64,000 nucleotides of DNA from the human T2T-CHM13v2.0 reference genome, Homo sapiens: NCBI RefSeq assembly GCF_009914755.1, contig NC_060940.1; one strand, given 5' to 3'. Below the pieces are notes generated by a model that was given only the letters and a program-made list of their open reading frames with translations, ran no database searches and was not told the origin of the DNA. This document shows positions 54,894 to 64,000 of this stretch, in pieces; position 1 is the stretch's first letter; each line of letters begins with the position of its first letter. The position numbers and the translations under genes were made by a program.

Positions 54894-55999
54894 AAAGGTA
54901 TATGTGAGATAATAATAATGATTATAACAAGAAACACAACTGCAGCAACAACAAAAATAATGCATTATTTAAAAAAAAAAAACTCTTCACCTCTGTGAAC
55001 TGCCCTTCCCTCTTTGTAAAATGCAGATAATAATGTTCACCCTCCATAGGTCACAGAGTTGTCCTATAGACAGTATACCCACATAAAGGGTCATTGAAAA
55101 TAGAGGCATCATGTCATAGCAGAAAAACATTGGTGTTCACTCAGGTAAACATGAAGCAAACCTGATTGTTATACTCATTCGTTTATTCAATCATGCATGC
55201 ATTCCTTAATCAGCAAATGTTCGTTTCATTACTTAGTTTTGAAAACCCAGTAACTATCATGAATAATACATCATACTTTCTACTTCCCACCAAGCATGCT
55301 TTATGAAGTTGCCAAGATGAGTAAATTTGATGGCAAGTCAAGGTATACAGTCTTTTGATTTAGAGCTTGTATTTGGAATCTCAGTTTGTTTGCTGTTTTC
55401 ATAGCACGTAGTATGAAGAGCTTTTTCTCCTCCACGTGGCTGGCACAGGGCTCTTGTTGGATCTGCCTTCAACTCTAGACTGTAGTCGTCTATTTTTTAT
55501 GGTGTCCCCTGGAGCCACCCAGTAGGAATTTTGGCTTTGGCAAATAGTTTATATTTTATCTTAGGCTATGCCTTCCAAATGGCCAGGATTTCATCCAACA
55601 GTGTTTGTGAAATATGGTAACAAACAATCAGAAATTTAACTTTATTTATGTGGACACCATAATAGACCTTGAGAACATAATGTTAAGCAAAGAAGGCCCA
55701 GCCAGCACCAGCATCTGCCTTTCTGTAGCTTAATATCTATAAGGGAAGACAATATGTCATGCAAGTAATCATAAGAAAGTGTGAAGAGTGTTAAAATAGA
55801 GGAAGAAGAGGAAAATGTGCAAACATACAGCAGAAAGAGACCTAACTCAGTTTAAGGGTCCATGACATTTAAAGAGATCTTTATGAAAGTGCAACCTTAA
55901 GTGATTCAAAGGCAGAGGTGAGGGTAGGCGAGGAAGTAGTGAGGACAGAGGAAAGTCCCATTCTCACAGTAAGTTGGCATTTTAATGCTGGCATCTAAA

Positions 56000-56215
56000 G
56001 CATAGTGGTTCAAATCATACCTCTGTTCCTTACTAACTCTATGAATCTGGACAAGTCACATAACCTTACTGTTCCTCAACTTCTTTATTTGTAAAATGTG
56101 AAAATACAATACCCAAACTTGTTGCATTATTGTGATCCTCAAACAAATTCATACATAAAAAGCTCTTAGAAACATGCACGGCTCATAGCGAGAGCTACAT
56201 AAATGTCGGCAGTTA
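56000..56215 (+). mobile_element. MIR SINE
   Basis: ggttcaaatcatacctctgttccttactaactctatgaatctggacaagtcacataacc...ttgtaaaatg. Confidence 0.7.
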
Positions 56216-57518
56216 TATTTTTACTACTGCTACTATTGCTAGCTATGTCATTCCAAGAGATGCAGCTAAACTCCCAGAGCTTCAAGGTCATCATCCATAA
56301 AATGGGAATACTAATACCTACATTATAAGGAGATTATTAACGAGAATGATAAATGCAAAATACGTGCGTCTGATAGGCATCCTATAGATGCTCAGTAAAT
56401 ACTATCGGGTATTAATAGCAATAGCCTAAACTTCATGGAATGCCTTGACCTTGGCCCTGACCTACTATTTACAAGTGATCTATGTGTATAAATACTGACT
56501 AGTCTTTCTTGTCTAGGTTTGGCTAAGGCAACAAAGCTCAGGTAGAGGACAGGTCAGGTGTGCTACTGCCACCCTAACACAAAGATGGGCCACCATTCAT
56601 AAGTCTTAAGCAAAGTCCAACACTATCTAATGATAATACATTCCCTTTATAAGTTATTTAATGATGGTGCTTCCGATATCCCTGACCCTGGAGAGTTTTC
56701 CATGTCTCTTGCTCTGAGTGTCACATTCAATGGGGAAAAGGTCAGCAACAAAAAGGAGATGAGAACAACTAGGAAACTCTTGTGCCACCACCTGTCAAAG
56801 AGAGACTCAATGACCTTTCAGTGGCTTCCCTTGGGCTCCCCTTGATGTAAGTCCAAGAGGCAGAAGACTGAGCTGCTCTTGGGAAAAAGGATCCATCACC
56901 CAGCCATTTCCCCAGGTCCATTAAAAGTCTGACACCATTAATCTGCACTACTTTACTTTTCATTATGTAGAACTGTGCCTTGATCAAAAGTCCCCTTGTG
57001 TAGCAGCCTGATTCATTACCAATAGCTGTGGGCCACACACCAGAAATTCATAATCAGCTGACATTATCTACCCAGATCATTCCCCGGATTTGAAAAGCTC
57101 CTCGTGTCTATCATTATGAAGAGGCAGCCACACGGGATACAATCTGCAAACAGGTCTGAGGGTTAACACAATGGAATGCCCTTTGAACAAGGTTCCAGTT
57201 AAGGAATGAACTCCTATCTCCCTTGTACATGTTTGGGTCACCTACTTTCTGAGAACTCACCCACATGAACCCTACATGGGAACTAAGAATCCTACAATTT
57301 GGAGACAAAGAGGACCTAGGATAGGTAGACACAAGCTCAAGACACCAAGATGCTATCTCTGGGACACAAAGCCCCTGGTAAAAGATGAGATACTTCTAGT
57401 TCAAGCTTACATGTTTCTAAGTTTGGGGCCCTTTCTCCAACATCCAAATTTTCCTTTACCATTCACTTGATGTGTGATCTTAGTCCAATCACTTGCATTC
57501 CATTCTCAGTTTTATTTT

Positions 57519-57830
<312 letters not shown>

Positions 57831-57837
57831 TCTCAGT

Positions 57838-58907
57838 TTTATTTTTTTCCTTTATTTGTACAAATGTATAGGGCACATGTGAAATTTTGTTACACATCTA
57901 AAATGCATAGTAATCAAATCAGGGTATTCAGAGTGTTCTTCACCCAAGTGTAATACATTTTTGTTAAGTATAATCATTCTACTCTGCTATCAAACATTGA
58001 ATTTATTCCTTCTATCTTACTGTATACAGTGTTTGTGCCCTTTAACCCACTTCTCTTCATCCTCCCTCCTCACCCTCATCACCCTTTCCACTCTATTTTA
58101 TCTACCTTTCTACTCTCTACCTCCATGTGATTAGGATTTGTAGCTCCTACACATAAATGAGAACATGCAATATTTTTATACGGGCATGCCTGGCTTATTT
58201 CACTTAAGATAATGACCTCCAGTTCCCTTCATGCGGCTACAAATGACTTGATTTCATTCTTTTTTTTTTTTTTTAATTTCACTTTAAGTTCTCGGATACA
58301 TGTGCAGAATGTGCAGGTTTGTTAACGTAGGTATACGTGAGCCATGGTGGTTTGCTGCACCTATCAACCAATCATCTAGATTTTAAGCCCCTCATGAATT
58401 AGGTATTTGTCCTAATGCTCTCACTTTTCTTGCCCTCCACCCCCCGGCAGGCCCCGTTGTGTGATATTCCCCTCCCTGTGTCCATTTGTTCTCATTGTTC
58501 AACTCCCACTGATGAGTGAGAACATTTGGTGTTTGGTTTTCTGTTCCTGTGTTAGTTTGCTGAGAATGATGGCTTCCAGCTTCATCCATAACCCTGCAAA
58601 GGTCATGAACTCATTCTATTTTATGGCTGCATAGTATTCCACAGTATATATGTGCCATATTTTCTTTATCCAGTCTATCACTGATGGGCATTTGGGTTGT
58701 TTCCAAGTCTTTGGTATTGTAAATACTGCTACAATAAACATACGTGTGCATGTGTCTTTACAAAGGATTTCATTCTTTTTTATAGCCATATGGCATTCCA
58801 TTTTGTGTATATACCACATTTTTTAATCCATGCATCCACTGATGGACACTCAGGTTGATTCTTTCTCTTTGCTATTGTGAGTAGTGCTGCAATAAACATG
58901 GGAGTGC
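57838..58907 (-). mobile_element. L1MA-like 3' end, split by a younger L1
   Basis: tttgtacaaatgtatagggcacatgtgaaattttgttac...; resumes at 58766 and ends gctgcaataaacatgggagtgc. Confidence 0.8.
58266..58765 (-). mobile_element. 5'-truncated L1PA (L1PA7/8-like)
   Basis: actttaagttctcggatacatgtgcagaatgtgcaggtttgtt...; TSD gatttcattctttttt (58250-58265, 58766-58781). Confidence 0.88.
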
Positions 58908-60802
58908 TTTATTCTACCTCTGTCTCTTGCAGGAGTGATCTGTATTAAATAAAAGACTGTGAGTAGAAATGTGTTATGACTGTGTGTCTGTTCTATGGGC
59001 AATAACCTTTCAGTTGACTACCAACATTTTTTGCAAGAAATGGGAACCTAACAAAGCAGTTAATATTAATCAAACGATTAGCTACCTAATTCCCTGAGAG
59101 ATAATTAGGTGCCAGATAATGTGTGGCAGGTGCTTTGTAAGCATCATAACAGTTTCAAACAGTCACAGCCATATAGTGTCATCATGGAAGTTGAGTAAAT
59201 TAATAAATATAAAATGTTTTAAACATATAATAGTAAGGCCTTAATAAATGATATCCATTAACATCCATTAATGCTATCACTGGAATCCTTACTAAACATG
59301 CCTTAAAAATAGTACTTTTGTCATTGTTCAAACATCTGACAAGGGGATCATTTTCTCCTGGAACCCTCTATTGCAATTCTAGACCACTCTGGCTGTTGGG
59401 TTGATCTGCCATGACTTAGACTAGAATCTGCATCTTCCCAGTTCCAAGCCACTATTTCTACATTTGCCCCCTAGTCACATAGAAGTCTACCTCCTTTCAT
59501 AAGGAAAAATACCTGGAATTACTTAAAGAGAGTGATCCTTGTCTTGTCAAGATTTTTATTTTCTAGGCTAAAAAAAAGACATGTCTTTCAGTTGGATCTG
59601 GTGTGACTTGACTCCAACTTTGTTTCTGAACTTATCATTTAACTCTGAGTATTACCCACATCTCTTGGATTCACATGGAGGAAACAGTGGAGAACAAGCC
59701 AAATAACTTTTCTGGCTAATAAAGCAAAAGAGGGAGCCGGCAATAAGCAGATACCTGGGTATGTTCCTCCCAGATTAAACAGATGTTATTGTTTTGCTCA
59801 TTTGCTTCAATTTTCTTTTAAGGAATAAACAGCACAGTATGGCTAAAACCCTACCACAATATTCCTTTGCTTCTCTATCCCTCCCCAGAGATGACCTAAT
59901 ACCTGGAAGTGGATATGAAACTTTTTGTGAGAGTTTTTCCATTTGTGTACATATGGATGTCTCCACAAATAATATGTAGGATTGTTTTGAACATTTAAAA
60001 TGTAAATAAATGCTTTCATGCTGTGCATACCATTTTACACCTTACTGTTTGTACTTCACATTACAGAGATTTATCTATGTTGATACACATACTAATTCAT
60101 TTTAATTGTTGCATAGCAATCCACTGTGTGAGTTGCCCACAGTCTATTTACTCAATCCCATTATAAGTAAGACCACTTACCTGTAGGTTAATTAGACTGA
60201 TTCCGATTTTTTTGAAATTGCAATTTTACAAATACATATATATGTATGTATACACATACATATATGTACATACATGTTTATATACACTTGTAAACACTCT
60301 CATGCACGTATACATATCTATGTATCACTTTCACATATATCTGTAAGTAGAATAGCTGTGTCATAAAATATGTACATATACAGCAATATTCGATATTGAC
60401 AAATTGTTCTCCCATCACTATGCCAGTTTATCACCACCAACAATGTATCAAATTTTGTGCATGACCTCAAAAAATTTAATAAAATGTAAAGCAAAGAAAT
60501 TATATAGGTCACACTCCCTAGTCATAATGCAATAAGTTAGAATCATTACAAAGAAAAAGCAAAAGTCAAAATTACTTGAAAATCAGGAAACATATTCTTA
60601 AATAACTGAATTATAAACCCAGGAAGCAATGAATAGGTAAACACTCACATAGCAAAACCGATGGAACTTAACTGACAGCTGAATTCAGAGGAAAACTTAT
60701 GGCCAGCAAATTAATACAGAGATTAAAAATGTATTGATTTCAGAATTATGGGACAAGGAAAAATTAAGAAAAGTAATATTCACCTTAATAAATGAGAAAA
60801 TA

Positions 60803-61118
<316 letters not shown>

Positions 61119-62373
61119 AGAAAATAATGGAACAAAATAAAACAAAAGAAAAGAGAACTTAATAAAGTCTACAGTTAATAAAATTTTGAAGGTAGCAATG
61201 ACAATGAAATCCAAGAATTATTTCCTTGAAAAGACCAATAAAATAGACAAATTAGGAGTTTTAGAGGGAAGAGGTAGAGAGAGGAGAGAGAGAGTCAAGA
61301 TTATAAGAAAAAAGATACACTATAGGCAGAAAGAAGACTAAAGAATTAAGGGAATCATATATACAACTTTATGGAATTGATTTGAAAACTTAAAGGAGAT
61401 GAATGACTTCCAAGAAAAATATAAATTACCAAAATTAACCCAGGAAGATAAAAATAGAATAGTTATCGCTATATCAGCTTAGGTAATTTGGAAAGGTAAC
61501 TTAAAATTTATCATTAAAAAAGGCAACAAAACAGATAGGTCAAAGTTAACTTTCATTCATGTGACATTTACAAAATGGATGATTCAAATGTTATATAAGC
61601 TAGTTCAGGCCATAGAAAAAATGGAAAACTAGCTAGTTTTATATGCAGCCAGCAAAATACCAATATCTGATGAAGATAGTATAAAAATGCAGAGCACTTT
61701 CACTTATGAGAATATAAGCACAAATATCAAATCAAATGTTGACTAATTGAACCAGTGATATACTAAAGACAAACATATGTGAGCAACTGCAAAAGTGGCA
61801 AAGGCTTATTTCAATTCATTGGGGAAAAAAATAGATTAATTCAAAATAGTTTTGGCACAACTGGCTATCCATCTGGAAGAAAAGAAATAAATGTTTAAGA
61901 CTATATACAAAATACTTATAAATACACTCACATCTTCAATGTAAAAACATATATATACAGGAATACACACACAAAATATAGGGTCCTGCAGGGAACATGT
62001 CTTGATCAAACCTGAGAACTGAGAAATGTTGAAATAAAATGTAAACACATTTGTTCAGGTAAAATATTTTACAGCACAATATAGTATACCGAATGTTAAT
62101 ATAAAAATAATATTTCCCAAATGACTTAATGACTTTGCAATGCAGATGACACTGGGCTTATATTATAATACTTAAAGTAAACTGACATAATGAGAAAAAA
62201 GAGGCCCCAATGGAAAAATGAGCAAAGTTATGAATAACACACAGGAGAACAAATCAAAAGGGCTCACAAACATTTATATATACCCACATTCAGAACCAGA
62301 GGCATGCAAAATAATAGTGAAATAATAATTTACACCTATGGTAATTTTTTAAAATTTAAAACCAGCCATTGTT

Positions 62374-62990
62374 AGCCAGGCACAGTGGCTCACACCTGAA
62401 ATCCCAGTACTTTGGGAGGTCAAGGCAGGAGGACTGCTTGAGGCCAGGAGTTTGAAACTAGCATGGGCAACATAGCAAGACCTTATCTCTCCAAAATATT
62501 AAAAATAAAAAAATAAGCTGGGTGCAGTAGCTCATGCCTGTAATCCCAGCACTCTGGGAGGCTGAGGTGGGCAGATGACTTGAGGTCAGGAGTTTGAGAC
62601 CAGCCTGGTGAACATGGGAAAACCCCGTCTCTACTAAAAATATAAAAATTAGCCAGGTGTAGTGGTGGGTGCCTGTAATCCCAGCTACTTGAGGGGCTAA
62701 GGCACAAGAATTGCTTGAACCCAGGAGGTGGAGGTTGCAATGAGCTGAGATCACATCACTGCACTCCAGCATGGGCAACAGAGTAAGACTCCATCTCAAA
62801 AAATAAAAAAATAAAAACCTGTGTGGTGACATGCACCTGCAGTCCTAGCTACTTGGGAGGCTGAGGCTAAAGGAGTCCTTGAGCCTAAGAGTTAAAGGTT
62901 ACAGTGAACTATGATCGTGCCAGGGCACTTTGGCCTAGGTGACACAGTGAAACTCTCTCTCTTTAAAAAAATAAAAATTTAAATTTAAAA
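62374..62990 (+). mobile_element. AluJ-like element split at its central A-rich linker
   Basis: Left arm 62374-62515, right arm 62816-62990; flanks agccattgtt/agccattttt. Confidence 0.85.
62516..62815 (+). mobile_element. AluS nested inside the AluJ linker
   Basis: Complete dimer flanked by aaaaataaaaaaataa on both sides. Confidence 0.9.
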
Positions 62991-63624
62991 ATTTTTTAAA
63001 AGCCATTTTTTCGCAGGGATACAAGAAAATGGGTACTCTCGCATATTACTTGTAGAAATCAGAATTGTTAATTTCTCTTATGAACAACCTAGCAAAATGT
63101 ATTAAGCCTAGAAATACACATACTCTTCAACCCAGCAATACTGATCCTGGATCTATTCCATAGAAATAATAACTGTTTGAGGAAGGAGATGGATATTCTA
63201 ATTATCCTGATTTTCTCACTATATATTGTACCTGTGTATCAAAATATCACATGTACCTTGTAAATATGCATAATTATTATGTACCAATAAAAATGCAATT
63301 AAACAATTAAAAGAGTCTCCAATGAGGGATGATATATATGTGATCATATTTTTGAATATTACTTTATATTAATATATTTGGAATAAAAGTGAATAGATGA
63401 TAACACACCCACATAGAGACTTACATGAAGGCATATAGACATATTAACATTATATAATTGTCTCCAGAAGGCAATGATACAGTACAGTTGTCTGCATATT
63501 GCTTTGCTGATTTAACAGTACCTGATGGATATCTCAGCAAATTAAAGGGTGTACCTCTAACTAATTCTAGTTAATTCTTCAGGTTATTTTTTGATGTAGG
63601 AGCCTAATAATTTGACCCAACATT

Positions 63625-64000
63625 TCCCCAGACTCAGACAGTTTCACTAACAAATTTTACCAAACACTCAAAGAGTTCATATCAACCTTGACCCACTCTT
63701 CAAAAAATTGGATGGGAGGGAATGTTTTATAACTCATCCTATGAGGCCAGTATTACCTTGTTACTAAAACCGAATAAAACATAGAAAAATTGTAGACTAA
63801 TATCTCTTATGAATATAAATGCAAAATCTTAAACAAATACCAGCAAACCAAAGCTAGTAACATACGCAGACACAAAATTTTACAGCATGACCAAGTGGGA
63901 TTTCTCACAAAAATGCAAGTTTGGTTTAACATCTGAAAACTCAGTTAATGCAATTCAGCTTATTAATGGAATGCAGGACAAAAACCATATGTTCACCTCA
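63625..64000 (+). mobile_element. Old L1M ORF2 fragment (runs off the window)
   Basis: aactcatcctatgaggccagtattaccttg...aatatctcttatgaatataaatgcaaaatc...catgaccaagtgggattt. Confidence 0.8.

Noticed and set aside
59780-60600. Opposite-orientation old L1 fragments as a twin-priming inversion
   Set aside because: Too decayed to find a shared TSD, and the + fragment appears to run to its own 3' region; separate insertions are equally likely.

Overview
Primate DNA, hominoid and probably human (it carries Alu and an L1PA3/4-type LINE-1). It looks intronic or intergenic: I found no recognisable host protein-coding gene, RNA gene or CRISPR-like array, and nearly all short ORFs in the track are artefacts of repeats or chance. 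Much of the window is transposon-derived (MIR, L2, MER5/MER20/MER103, MaLR/ERVL/ERV1 solo LTRs, old L1M/L1PB fragments, about 9 Alus), often nested with readable target-site duplications (TSDs). A full-length ~6.16-kb L1PA3/4-type element (45425-51585, +) has dead ORF1 and ORF2, an open antisense ORF0, and the ~129-bp ZNF93-type 5'UTR segment. The most unusual structure lies at 38.4-44.9 kb: a ~655-bp inverted duplication of mostly unique DNA (about 95% identical arms, 3.2-kb spacer), plus two smaller templated duplications. Each of these copies has an end in a GGAA/TTCC microsatellite, and the L1 antisense promoter points straight into the inverted repeat. Repeat subfamily names are recalled from consensus sequences, and the boundaries of old repeats are approximate.
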